Origin: an uncultured Alphaproteobacteria bacterium | GTDB taxonomy: Bacteria > Bacteroidota > Ignavibacteria > OLB7 | Assembly: GCA_964462535.1 (NCBI GenBank) | Contig: CAYWXV010000001.1 | Span: 354,175 to 418,174 of the forward strand | Length of the DNA: 64,000 nucleotides | Direction of reading: 5' to 3' | Part shown: one piece after another, positions 48,870 to 58,287 of the stretch | How the letters are laid out: each line of letters begins with the position of its first letter | Numbering within the stretch: the first letter of the stretch is position 1 | Translations under genes and position numbers: made by a program | The notes under the pieces: generated by a model | What the model saw: only the letters and a program-made list of their open reading frames with translations | The model's database searches: none | What the model was told of the DNA's origin: nothing

Positions 48870-50096
48870 TTACTCTGCGCGAAGCGCCTCGACAGGATCA
48901 AGTCGGGACGCTCGAATTGCCGGTATGACGCCCGCCAGCACCCCAACGACTGCTGTGACGAGTATTGCTATCTGAACTTGAGACAGGGGAACCGTTGACG
49001 AGAGGAAATCCAGGTCGAGTGCCTTCTTCGTAAAGACCACAATAACCGATGTCAATGCTGTCGCAACGACGGCCCCCATAGCCGAGAGCATTACCGACTC
49101 GATCAGGAATTGCATTAGAATTCTCTTCCTGGTTGCCCCAACGGCTTTCCGAATCCCTATTTCCTTTGTTCGTTCCGTCACGGATACGAACATGATATTC
49201 ATAATCCCGATCGTTCCCACAAGGAACGACAGTCCGGTCAGGGCCAACCCCACGGTGAATACACTCATGCGAATGGCGTCGATGAAGACACGAAAGGTCT
49301 CCTGACTGTTCACGCCGAAGTCGTCGTCGGCGCCTGGCGGAACGGATCGGATCTGTCTCATCGCACCAATCGTCTCGTACTTCACGTCCTCCAATCGATC
49401 GGTCGACCCGGCTTTCACCATGATGATGAGCGAACGGAGTGAGCCCGGCATGCTCAGTACCCGTCGGATGGGGACGACAATTTGATTGTCGGGTGAGTTA
49501 TCACCGAGGATCGCTCGCTTGGGAAGAACGCCCACGACGGTAAACGGGAGTCCGTTCACCCGTATCACACGACCGATTGGATCACCCCCAGGGATCAGAT
49601 TATCCGCCACCATTGCGCCGATGACAGCCACTGACGCCCCTCCCTGATCCTCAACGTCCGAGAAGAACCTGCCGCTTGCGACAGATCCTCCCATCGAATG
49701 GACGTAGTCGGCGGTGGATGCTGTTACTACCGTGTTCGTGAGTTCCAGGTCACCATACCGAACAGATCTGGCCATGAGGCGTGTCGCGGGAATGACATAC
49801 TCCGCACCGGCAATTCGCCGTCGCGCTTCGGTGTACTGCGCCATTGTGATTGGCTTCCGATTCCGCTGCGCCAGCCAGTCGGTTGCTGTCCAGTCGAAAC
49901 GATCAACGTACAGGATGTCGTCGCCGAACATGGAGAGAGTATCGTCGACAACACTGTTGAGTCCTGCGATGAACCATCCCATCAAGAGCACTGTCGTGAT
50001 ACCGATTACGATACCAAGAGTCGTCAGCATCGCCCGCAGCTTGTTGGATGCGAGGGCGGCAATGGCCATCCGTATCGATTCAATCAGTGCGCTCAT
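48870..50096 (-). CDS. ABC transporter permease, FtsX/MacB family (second copy)
   Basis: 408 aa with the same architecture as the preceding permease. Overlaps the ATPase gene by 4 nt. Confidence 0.85.
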   Translation of the reverse strand: MSALIESIRMAIAALASNKLRAMLTTLGIVIGITTVLLMGWFIAGLNSVVDDTLSMFGDDILYVDRFDWTATDWLAQRNRKPITMAQYTEARRRIAGAEYVIPATRLMARSVRYGDLELTNTVVTASTADYVHSMGGSVASGRFFSDVEDQGGASVAVIGAMVADNLIPGGDPIGRVIRVNGLPFTVVGVLPKRAILGDNSPDNQIVVPIRRVLSMPGSLRSLIIMVKAGSTDRLEDVKYETIGAMRQIRSVPPGADDDFGVNSQETFRVFIDAIRMSVFTVGLALTGLSFLVGTIGIMNIMFVSVTERTKEIGIRKAVGATRKRILMQFLIESVMLSAMGAVVATALTSVIVVFTKKALDLDFLSSTVPLSQVQIAILVTAVVGVLAGVIPAIRASRLDPVEALRAE

Positions 50097-50830
50097 ATTG
50101 ACGGTGCCGCCACCCCCACGTTTGGTCCATCGCTCTCTATTAGGCCGTCGCGGACTCGGATAATGCGATGGGCGTGGCGAGCGATGTCCTCCTCGTGCGT
50201 TACCAGGATGATTGTGTTCCCCGCCTCCCAGAGCTCCTCGAACAGATTAAGAATGTCGAGTCCGGTTTTCGTATCGAGGTTGCCAGTTGGTTCGTCGGCG
50301 AGAATCAATGATGGTCTCGTTACCAGGGCACGCGCTATGGCAACGCGCTGTCTCTGCCCCCCCGACATCTCGTTCGGCTTGTGAGACATTCTGTCCCCAA
50401 GGCCCACGCGCTCCAGGGCCTCGATGGCCCTCTCACGCCTCTCACTTGATGACATCCCCGAATAGATGAGGGGGAGTTCGACGTTCCTAAGCGCGTCGTT
50501 CCGCGGAAGGAGATTGAACGTCTGGAATACGAATCCGATCTCCCGGTTACGAACACGAGCGAGATCTCTGTCCCCCATCTCGGACACCAGCTCGCCGTTG
50601 AAATAGTACTCCCCGGATGTGGGCGAGTCGAGACAGCCAATGATGTTCATCAGCGTCGATTTGCCGGACCCGGAGGGTCCCATGATCGCCACGTATTCGT
50701 TTCGATCGATCGTAACAGAGACTCGTCGAAGGGCATGAATGACTTCAGATCCCATCGCGTATCGCCTCCCGACGCCATGCAATTCAATCAGTCGGCTGTC
50801 GGTCGCTGAGAGCTCGCTGGATTCTGTCAT
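50093..50830 (-). CDS. ABC transporter ATP-binding protein (MacB/LolD-type)
   Basis: Walker [10 protein letters not shown], signature [15 protein letters not shown], Walker [13 protein letters not shown]. Start trimmed to the Met at 50830 to avoid overlap with the adaptor gene. Confidence 0.9.
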   Translation of the reverse strand: MTESSELSATDSRLIELHGVGRRYAMGSEVIHALRRVSVTIDRNEYVAIMGPSGSGKSTLMNIIGCLDSPTSGEYYFNGELVSEMGDRDLARVRNREIGFVFQTFNLLPRNDALRNVELPLIYSGMSSSERRERAIEALERVGLGDRMSHKPNEMSGGQRQRVAIARALVTRPSLILADEPTGNLDTKTGLDILNLFEELWEAGNTIILVTHEEDIARHAHRIIRVRDGLIESDGPNVGVAAPSI

Positions 50831-50834
50831 CACA

Positions 50835-52247
50835 CTATTCCTTGTTCCGTCCCTTGGGCTCCTCCCTGGGAGCATCAATTACGGCACTCTTGTCCTCAAG
50901 GTCTTTTGCGATTGCCTTGTACGTCCCTGAAACAACGCGCTCACCCCCCTTAAGGCCCGACACAATTTCGATGAACTCGTTGTCTCTAATACCGGTGTTG
51001 ACCGTCACCATTCGGACGGAGTCCCCTTGTCTCACGAAGACGACCGGCTTGGGCCTTTCGTCCCGCAGCTCCTGGGCGCGCTCAACGGCTCTGTTCCTGG
51101 CAACATCATCCTCCTCTTCCTCTGTTTTCCTGTCCGTTGTATCTCGGGTCGTGACCGATTGAATCGGAACAGCAAGGACATCGCTCTTGCTGGCAACACG
51201 GATCGTCGACGTTGCCGTCATACCCGGGCGGAGCCTTGTGTCAGGATCGACGAAACGAACACGCACCTCGAAATTCGTTACCTGGTCCTGCGAGCCCACG
51301 CCCGTCTGCTTCGGCGAATTGGCAATCCGACTGACGAAGGCCACAAACTTCCGAGCGGGCATCGCGTCCACCTCAACCTCTGCCGTATCGCCGAGCGAAA
51401 CAGAAACGACGTCGGTCTCAGATACGTCCACCACGGCCTCGATTACCGATAGGTCAGCAATCGTCATGATCTCGGTTCCAGTCATTTGAATCGCCCCCAC
51501 GACTTTCTCGCCGACCTTGGAATTCAGCTTCGTGACGACCCCAGAGATTGGGGCATATATCGACGTGCGGGCAAGCGATTCACGAATTCGCCGGAGGCCA
51601 GCCTCTGCCTGTCGTGTAGAGTACTGCGCTCCCTCAAGCTCCGCCTTGGATATGCTTACGCTTGCATTGGCGGCATCAAGCTCTTGTTGGGTTGCGAGCT
51701 TTCGCTCAAACAGTTGCTGTATCCGCACGAGATCCTGCTGATTCCTAAGGAGCGAGGCCTTTGCCTGTGACTCACGTGATCTGGCCCCCAGGATTCCGGC
51801 TCTCGCCTCGTCCACCTGCGCGGTGATGGACTCGGGATTGATCCGGACAAGCAACTGCCCCTTCTTGACGGACTCACCCTCCTCAACGCCGATGAACACT
51901 ATTTCGCCGCTCACCTCGGACGATATCTTCACTTGTGTTTCGGGATCGATCACTCCGGTGGCCGTCACGGTCTGCACGATGGAGCGCTTTGAAACGACCA
52001 CGGTTTCAACGGGAATCCCATCCTTGGATGAACTGGAGCTCATCATGACAACAATCACGGTACCCACCACCAGCACGGCGATCAAGAGCGTGACGATGAG
52101 GCCCGTGCGACGCTTCTTTCGTTTCCGTGGGGGTCGCGGCGGGGGTGCCGCCACGCGCTCGGCAGGCGCCGGCTCCATTGCATCGGCCTCTGGCCGTGGT
52201 TGAGATGTATGCTGTCGAAGAAGGTCTGACGGAGATGGAGTCGGCAT
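50835..52247 (-). CDS. efflux transporter periplasmic adaptor subunit (HlyD/MFP family)
   Basis: N-terminal TM anchor, coiled-coil hairpin, beta-barrel and membrane-proximal domains typical of MacA/AcrA-type adaptors. Confidence 0.85.
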   Translation of the reverse strand: MPTPSPSDLLRQHTSQPRPEADAMEPAPAERVAAPPPRPPRKRKKRRTGLIVTLLIAVLVVGTVIVVMMSSSSSKDGIPVETVVVSKRSIVQTVTATGVIDPETQVKISSEVSGEIVFIGVEEGESVKKGQLLVRINPESITAQVDEARAGILGARSRESQAKASLLRNQQDLVRIQQLFERKLATQQELDAANASVSISKAELEGAQYSTRQAEAGLRRIRESLARTSIYAPISGVVTKLNSKVGEKVVGAIQMTGTEIMTIADLSVIEAVVDVSETDVVSVSLGDTAEVEVDAMPARKFVAFVSRIANSPKQTGVGSQDQVTNFEVRVRFVDPDTRLRPGMTATSTIRVASKSDVLAVPIQSVTTRDTTDRKTEEEEDDVARNRAVERAQELRDERPKPVVFVRQGDSVRMVTVNTGIRDNEFIEIVSGLKGGERVVSGTYKAIAKDLEDKSAVIDAPREEPKGRNKE

Positions 52248-52328
52248 CGTTCTCTGTGCTCAAGTAGTGTGCTGTGGTGCCACGTGACGAACTCACGCCG
52301 CGTCCGGCGATGCCGGCTTCTGTACTGA

Positions 52329-53672
52329 CTACTGTCCCAGCTCGTACTTCAGTTCGTAGACGACCTGTCGGTAGTTGAAGACGGCGTTGATTTGATTGAT
52401 CTGCGCGGTGAGATACTGGGAGTTGGCAAGGATGTAATCGGCTTCAGTCCCGGCGCCCAGACGGTAGCGCTCATCCGACGAGAACCTATTCTGTCGTGCG
52501 GCTGCAAGTGCCTTTCCGGCGGCACGAATCTGCCGCTCGGCTCCGTCAAGGCGGGCGAGGACGTTGCGGAGACGACTCCGAACGTCAGCAACTTTGGCCT
52601 GGTATTCTACCTCGGCCTGGAGCTTGCGCGCCTGGGCAAGTTCAACCTGCTCGCTCGTACGAAACCCGTCGAACGGGGAGTATCTGAGATCGAGTGAGAG
52701 TGCCGCGTTTCCGCTCGGGTCCCGGCCCGCCGACCGACTCCAATCATACCCCAGAGATGTCGATACCGTCGGCCAGAAGCCTGAGCGCGATGCTTCGATC
52801 GAGGCGTCCGCGGCCTCGATATCGAGACGAAGGGCAGCCAGGTCGCGACGTGTGTCACGCTGGCTGTTAAGCATCTGCTCCAGGGTCCCAAACCGCGCCC
52901 GCGTTGAAGCCATCTCGGCATCGTCGATCGCATCCGCCAGCCCCACCGCGGAGAGTTGCACATCTGCCCCAGGGTCGGCGTTCATGATCACACTGAGGTT
53001 ATTCCGCGCAACCAGAGCATCGGTCAGGGACTGCTCCAGCTCAAGCTCGCGGTTGGCAACCTCGGCTTCCTGGGAGTAGACCTGCGACTCCAGCCCAGTT
53101 CCTACCTCAACCATTCCCTTGATCCTCTCCAACCTGTCGCGCGCGACCTCCAGATCAGATCGGCGGACATCGACGATTTGCTGGCTGCGCAGTGCCGTCA
53201 GGTATGCCTGTCGCGCGTTGAATTCGATTTGCGAGCGGGTGTGTGCGAGTGATTCGACCGCGGAGTTGTAGCCATGGCGTGCCGCCCCATAAGAGGCCGA
53301 GTTGCCGAAACCGTCGAACAGCACGAGACTGGTGGAGGCTGAGGCGCTAACGACGTTGTCGGGGCGGTTGGTTGAAATGGGGACACCTCCGATCACAACC
53401 GTTTCTCCCGCGGTCAACTGCTTTGTGTATCCCCCTGAAACCGAGACTGTGGGGAGGAACGTGCCGAAAGCCCCGGTGACGCGGGCCTCCGATGTCTCGA
53501 CGCTTGACCGGGCGAGAGCGATTTGAAGATTTCGTTCGAGCGCAATCTGTACCGCCTGCTCAATTGTGAGCTGCTGCGGTGGGTCTCCAGGTCGTTGCGC
53601 TAATGCGACCGTGGAAATCGCACAGAACAACAGCCAGAACGTGCTTCGTTTCTTGATACTTCTTGCGTTCAT
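52329..53672 (-). CDS. TolC family outer membrane efflux protein
   Basis: Signal peptide and the tandem-repeat alpha/beta-barrel pattern of outer membrane factors. First gene of the efflux operon. Confidence 0.85.
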   Translation of the reverse strand: MNARSIKKRSTFWLLFCAISTVALAQRPGDPPQQLTIEQAVQIALERNLQIALARSSVETSEARVTGAFGTFLPTVSVSGGYTKQLTAGETVVIGGVPISTNRPDNVVSASASTSLVLFDGFGNSASYGAARHGYNSAVESLAHTRSQIEFNARQAYLTALRSQQIVDVRRSDLEVARDRLERIKGMVEVGTGLESQVYSQEAEVANRELELEQSLTDALVARNNLSVIMNADPGADVQLSAVGLADAIDDAEMASTRARFGTLEQMLNSQRDTRRDLAALRLDIEAADASIEASRSGFWPTVSTSLGYDWSRSAGRDPSGNAALSLDLRYSPFDGFRTSEQVELAQARKLQAEVEYQAKVADVRSRLRNVLARLDGAERQIRAAGKALAAARQNRFSSDERYRLGAGTEADYILANSQYLTAQINQINAVFNYRQVVYELKYELGQ

Positions 53673-53761
53673 GGTGGCCCGGCTACGACGGTGTTTGATT
53701 CAGGTTGCGAAGTGGGTGATTGGTCGACGCTTCGGTGCAGAATGAATGAACAATGATACTC

Positions 53762-53816
53762 CCCAAAACAACACGAACCGACTTCGTCACATATCGATGC
53801 GATCGAAGTCGGTTCG
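53762..53816 (-). terminator. rho-independent terminator downstream of the E1 gene
   Basis: 13-bp perfect inverted repeat (cgaaccgacttcg ... cgaagtcggttcg), followed on the minus strand by TGTTGTTTTGGGG. Confidence 0.55.
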
Positions 53817-53869
53817 TTTGAAGCCGCATGGCCGGATCGATGCAAACAGATACGGTCCGGAAGGCGATA

Positions 53870-56035
53870 TCAGAATGTGATGACCTTCTTCACAGCCCCC
53901 ACTACATCGTCTGCGTTCAACAGAATAGCCAGCTCAAGTATCCTCGAGAATCCAACGGGAACAGGCTTGCTTCCAATCTGGACGATTGGCGCGTCGAGAT
54001 TCTGAAATGCGTTATCCATGATCACTCTCACGATATCGCCTCCCACGCCCCCCAGCACACGGTCCTCGTGGGCAACCACAACTCGAGAGCACTTCCGCGC
54101 CACCGCGACGATGGCCTCCTCATCCATTGGTTTGATCGTCCTCAGGTCAAGAATCTCGACCTCGATTCCCTCGCTGGCCAGTCGCTCGGCTGCCTCCATC
54201 GATATGTGCACAGCGTTGCCATAGGTAATGATGCCAACGTCAGATCCCGAGCGTCGCGTTCGTGCCACGCCAAAGGGCACTTCGTATCCAGCTGGGACGA
54301 AGGCTTTGGCATGACCGTGATTGTAGAGGAACTTGGGCTCGAGGTAGACAGACATCCCTCTTGATCTAAGACAGGTCCGAAGGAGGCCGGCGGCATCATC
54401 GGCGAACGCAGGATAAACAATTCGCATACCGGGCAATGTCTGCAGGGCACCTTCGATGTTCTGCGAATGATAAAGGCCACCTGTAATGTACCCGCCGGAT
54501 GCAATGCGGATGGTGACGTTGGGTGAGAACTGCCCTCGCGTTCGCCAATACTCGTGCCCCATCTCCACACACTGTTCCATGCCCGGCCAGAAATAGTCCG
54601 CGAATTCAGCCCCCTCAACAAGGACCCGGATATCGTCATTGAATCTCGAGAATCCGTTCGCGCTTCCGACGATGTAGTCCTCGGCAATCGGAGCGTTATG
54701 CACACGATCAAAACCGAATTCCTGCTGCATTCCCTTCGAGACGTTGAAGACGCCCCCCTTCTCCTTCGTGGCAACATCCTGTCCCCACATGAAGGTGTCA
54801 GGATTGTGACGGAACTCCTCCTTCATCGTCGTGTTTAACGCCTGCAGCAGGGTCAGCTCCTCCCCTTCAGAAGAGGTCCGCTCCACAGCCGGATACGGGT
54901 CCGGGATCAAGTACTCGCTCCATGACTCCGGAGATGGATCCGACATGACTTCCGCCTGATCGGCGGCAGCAAAGAGCGCCTCCTTGTTCGCCTTCTCCAC
55001 TTTGACAAGCTCCGCCTCACTGGAAACACCTGCCTCCAGAATGAGCGCCCGCAGCTTCTTCAGCGGATCCTGGGTACGCGCCTGCTCCAGTTCTTCAGCC
55101 GAACGATAGAGCTCATGTCGATCCGAGTTCGAGTGCGAACCTATCCGAACACATTGAGCATGGACCATGGCAGGGCCGTTGCCTGATTGCACCCACGCAA
55201 CCGCCTCCTGCATGCCACGCCAGGAATCGACGACGTCAGTTCCGTCAACCTCGACAATGAACAGGTTCTTGAATCCCGAGAAGTTCCGACTGACAACGGT
55301 ATTGGCGGTCGCTTCTTCTATCGGAACGCTGATCCCATACCCGTTGTTCTGAATAACGAAGATGACGGGATACTTCCCGGTGGTGGCGCCGTTCACCGCC
55401 TCGTAAAAGAACCCCTCGGAACAAGCCGACTCGCCCCCTGAGTAGTACGAAATCGCGTCGGCCTTGTAGTACTTGATGGCCTTCGCCAGACCAACCGCAT
55501 GGAGCGAATGATTACCGGTAGCGCTGCTAACATTCTGGATATGAATGGAGGGCTTGGCGAAGTGGTTTGACATGTGCCTCCCGCCACCCGCCACGTCCGC
55601 ATCCTTTGACAGGCCGTTGAGAATAATCTCCAGCGGAGTAAGCCCGGCCGCGAGCGACGTCAAGAGGTCGCGATAGTACGGAAAGAGATAGTCAACGCTC
55701 TGGCGAAACGAGAGCCCAAGAGCAAGCTGAATTCCTTCGTGCCCGGCGCATGGCGCGTGATAGCTCCACCCCTTTGCCTGCTTGAGGTAGTTGGCCGCCT
55801 TCTCATCCAGGATTCGACCAAGGTGCATGATCCGGTACCACTCGCGAAGCGTAGCGTCATCCGGGCGCCCAGACTTGGACTCCTTCATCGCACCTGCACC
55901 GTTCGTACTGGTTGCACCTGATTCAACGTGGAGTCTCGATTCCGCGACTCGCGATGCTCCTTCATTTCCGGCCCCACGCCGCGGGGCTCTTGTCGGTTGT
56001 CCGGTGCGCTTCCCTTTCGATGGACTACTGGCCAT
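53870..56035 (-). CDS. 2-oxoacid dehydrogenase E1 component, fused alpha and beta subunits
   Basis: Single ~720 aa ORF. The N-terminal TPP-binding alpha region (YHAPCAGHEGIQLALG...) is continuous with the transketolase-like beta region. Start trimmed to the Met at 56035; another candidate Met at 55888 would drop a low-complexity N-terminus. Confidence 0.85.
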   Translation of the reverse strand: MASSPSKGKRTGQPTRAPRRGAGNEGASRVAESRLHVESGATSTNGAGAMKESKSGRPDDATLREWYRIMHLGRILDEKAANYLKQAKGWSYHAPCAGHEGIQLALGLSFRQSVDYLFPYYRDLLTSLAAGLTPLEIILNGLSKDADVAGGGRHMSNHFAKPSIHIQNVSSATGNHSLHAVGLAKAIKYYKADAISYYSGGESACSEGFFYEAVNGATTGKYPVIFVIQNNGYGISVPIEEATANTVVSRNFSGFKNLFIVEVDGTDVVDSWRGMQEAVAWVQSGNGPAMVHAQCVRIGSHSNSDRHELYRSAEELEQARTQDPLKKLRALILEAGVSSEAELVKVEKANKEALFAAADQAEVMSDPSPESWSEYLIPDPYPAVERTSSEGEELTLLQALNTTMKEEFRHNPDTFMWGQDVATKEKGGVFNVSKGMQQEFGFDRVHNAPIAEDYIVGSANGFSRFNDDIRVLVEGAEFADYFWPGMEQCVEMGHEYWRTRGQFSPNVTIRIASGGYITGGLYHSQNIEGALQTLPGMRIVYPAFADDAAGLLRTCLRSRGMSVYLEPKFLYNHGHAKAFVPAGYEVPFGVARTRRSGSDVGIITYGNAVHISMEAAERLASEGIEVEILDLRTIKPMDEEAIVAVARKCSRVVVAHEDRVLGGVGGDIVRVIMDNAFQNLDAPIVQIGSKPVPVGFSRILELAILLNADDVVGAVKKVITF

Positions 56036-56081
56036 AGGTATATTCTTGATCGATCTTTCCTGGTTGTTCCTTGCGAAGGAG

Positions 56082-56096
56082 GCCCAATATAGCCCT
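56082..56096 (-). promoter_or_regulatory. conserved 15-mer GGGCTATATTGGGC-containing element upstream of the E1 gene (promoter -10 candidate)
   Basis: The exact 15-mer gcccaatatagccct is shared with 41042..41056 upstream of ssb. It contains a TATATT -10-like hexamer and lies 47-61 nt upstream of the E1 start. Confidence 0.35.
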
Positions 56097-56136
56097 CGCA
56101 CATCCAACCTGCCACGTTCACTCAGTAACGGCCCGC

Positions 56137-58221
56137 ATGACGTCTCGCCTTCTTGGGCTCATCATTGTCGTCGCCACGGTGGCGTCCTCGTCATCGATGC
56201 TGCGCGCACAGGACTCAACTCGTTACTATCGCGTATTCTTCCACGACAAGGGTGTTCCTGAACGATTTATTACGCAAGGAGACAGTCTGTTCCAGAGCGC
56301 GCGCCGCATGATCGGCGATCGAGCGTTTGCAAGGAGATCCAGAACGCTTCCTCCCAACGCTCTCCTGTCAACGGACGACCTCCCGGTCCCCCCTTCGTAC
56401 CTCGACGACATCACCCGATCTGGCGGTGTCGTGTTGCGAACGTCACGGTGGATGAACTCGGCAATGATTATTGCGGACACACCAGCATACACGAGAATAC
56501 TCCAACTCCCGTTTGTCGATTCCGTGGTGGCCGTCCGGGCCAGACGCCGCTCTGCGGAACCAATCATGAAGCAGAGCTCAGGATCAGAGCGCCAGACAAG
56601 CGATTCGCTTACGATGCTTGGTCTATGTATCTCGGAGCGAATGGGCGAGGCCGCAACGCAGAATCGGTCGATTGGCCTTGATGAAACGCTTCGGTTGGGA
56701 TTTGCAGGCGACGGTGTGCTCGTGGGCATTCTGGACGCTGGATTTGATTGGAGGAATCACGATGCTCTTCGAAGCAGTCGAGTAGTTGCCGAGCGTGATT
56801 TCGTGTTCAACGACGACAGCACGTTTGATCAGGGAACCGAGGATGGCGCCGAGTCCCATGGCACACAGGTGATGAGCCTGATCGCGGGCGGACTGGATGG
56901 ATCGTTTGTTGGTGGCGCACCTCACGCGACCTTCGTTCTCGCGAAAACAGAAGACATCCGGTCGGAGAAGCACATCGAGGAAGACAACTTTGTTGCCGCG
57001 CTCGAATGGATGGAGAGTCTCGGTGTGGACGTGACCAACACATCGCTCTCGTACACAACGTTTGATAGCCCTGAGCAACCGCATGAATACGCCGAGCTGA
57101 ACGGCCATACTGCGTTTGCTTCGCGGGCCGTGAACAAAGCAGTGCGCCTCGGTATGATTTGCGTCCTGGCGGCTGGTAATGACGGCGCCAAGGCGTATCG
57201 ATACGTCGGCGTTCCGGCGGAGGCAGACTCGGCGATCGCCGCAGCTGCGGTCGATTCAAACGGCATCATCGCACGCTTCAGCAGTCGCGGCATTCCCAAC
57301 TTCGGACGATTGAAGCCAGATCTGGCAGCCATGGGTGTAGCTAACCGCGCCGCCAATCACCGGGTTCCAAACGAGTATGTTGGCGGACAGGGGACGTCAT
57401 ATGCCTCACCCCTTGTGACGGCTGGGGTGGCGGTACTCCTCTCGGCCCGACCAGATCTCCGGCCGTGGGAGGTGCGGCAGATTCTGTATGCAACGGCCAG
57501 CCACGCAGCCGCCCCGGACACAGCATATGGACATGGAATCGTCAGCCTCCCACGCGCGCTCGACATGTTGTCGGAGTCACGTCCAATCGTCGGCGTTCCC
57601 AGGATACGGACCACATCAACTGCCCTTTCCGTCTACGCCTTCGTTCAGTATCGCGGCAACGATCCGGCGGCAGCGGGGTCAAAGCTCATTCTGCGAGTCA
57701 GTCCACAACGGGGCGTACCCGTCGACGTCACGGGGGACGTGACCCTGAACGGGATCGCCCATTGGCAGGTGCCAGCGTCCGGATTTCCGCAAGCGTTACA
57801 GGCAGGTGATACGGTGGACATACAGGTTCTGTGGGGAATTGATGGCAGCATCCTCCGTCGATCCGCCGTTCCGGTTGACATGGTCGGTGAGAATCTGACC
57901 GGCCCCGCCTGGGATGCACTGCGAAGCACACTCTGCTATGTCATCACCGCCCAGCCAACCGACATTCTTGGCGCCACTCCGAATCCCTTTATTGGAACAA
58001 CCAGCATCGCGTTCCAGACGGACACCCGCGGCACCGTGCTGCTAGTGGTCTACTCAACAACGGGCGAGGAAGTCGCGCGACTAATTGACGATGGCGATTT
58101 TCCTGCCGGGGCACACGTCATCGATATGCAGTCAGCTGGACTTGCAGCTGGGCCTTACTTCTACGCCATCATTCATGATAATCACATCAAAACGGGCAAG
58201 GTCATTGTTCTCGGAAACTGA
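56137..58221 (+). CDS. S8 family subtilisin-like serine peptidase with T9SS C-terminal domain
   Basis: Signal peptide MTSRLLGLIIVVATVASSSSMLRAQ (start trimmed; the ORF-track start is an upstream TTG). Catalytic motifs DAGFD, HGTQVMSL and GTSYASPLVTAG. T9SS CTD ...ATPNPFIGTTSIAF...GPYFYAIIHDNHIKTGKVIVLGN. Confidence 0.85.
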   Translation: MTSRLLGLIIVVATVASSSSMLRAQDSTRYYRVFFHDKGVPERFITQGDSLFQSARRMIGDRAFARRSRTLPPNALLSTDDLPVPPSYLDDITRSGGVVLRTSRWMNSAMIIADTPAYTRILQLPFVDSVVAVRARRRSAEPIMKQSSGSERQTSDSLTMLGLCISERMGEAATQNRSIGLDETLRLGFAGDGVLVGILDAGFDWRNHDALRSSRVVAERDFVFNDDSTFDQGTEDGAESHGTQVMSLIAGGLDGSFVGGAPHATFVLAKTEDIRSEKHIEEDNFVAALEWMESLGVDVTNTSLSYTTFDSPEQPHEYAELNGHTAFASRAVNKAVRLGMICVLAAGNDGAKAYRYVGVPAEADSAIAAAAVDSNGIIARFSSRGIPNFGRLKPDLAAMGVANRAANHRVPNEYVGGQGTSYASPLVTAGVAVLLSARPDLRPWEVRQILYATASHAAAPDTAYGHGIVSLPRALDMLSESRPIVGVPRIRTTSTALSVYAFVQYRGNDPAAAGSKLILRVSPQRGVPVDVTGDVTLNGIAHWQVPASGFPQALQAGDTVDIQVLWGIDGSILRRSAVPVDMVGENLTGPAWDALRSTLCYVITAQPTDILGATPNPFIGTTSIAFQTDTRGTVLLVVYSTTGEEVARLIDDGDFPAGAHVIDMQSAGLAAGPYFYAIIHDNHIKTGKVIVLGN

Positions 58222-58287
58222 ACGCTCCAAGCGACGCGCAGAACCTGATCCGAAGACGGACTCGCGTCACGTGGTGGACATACGACT

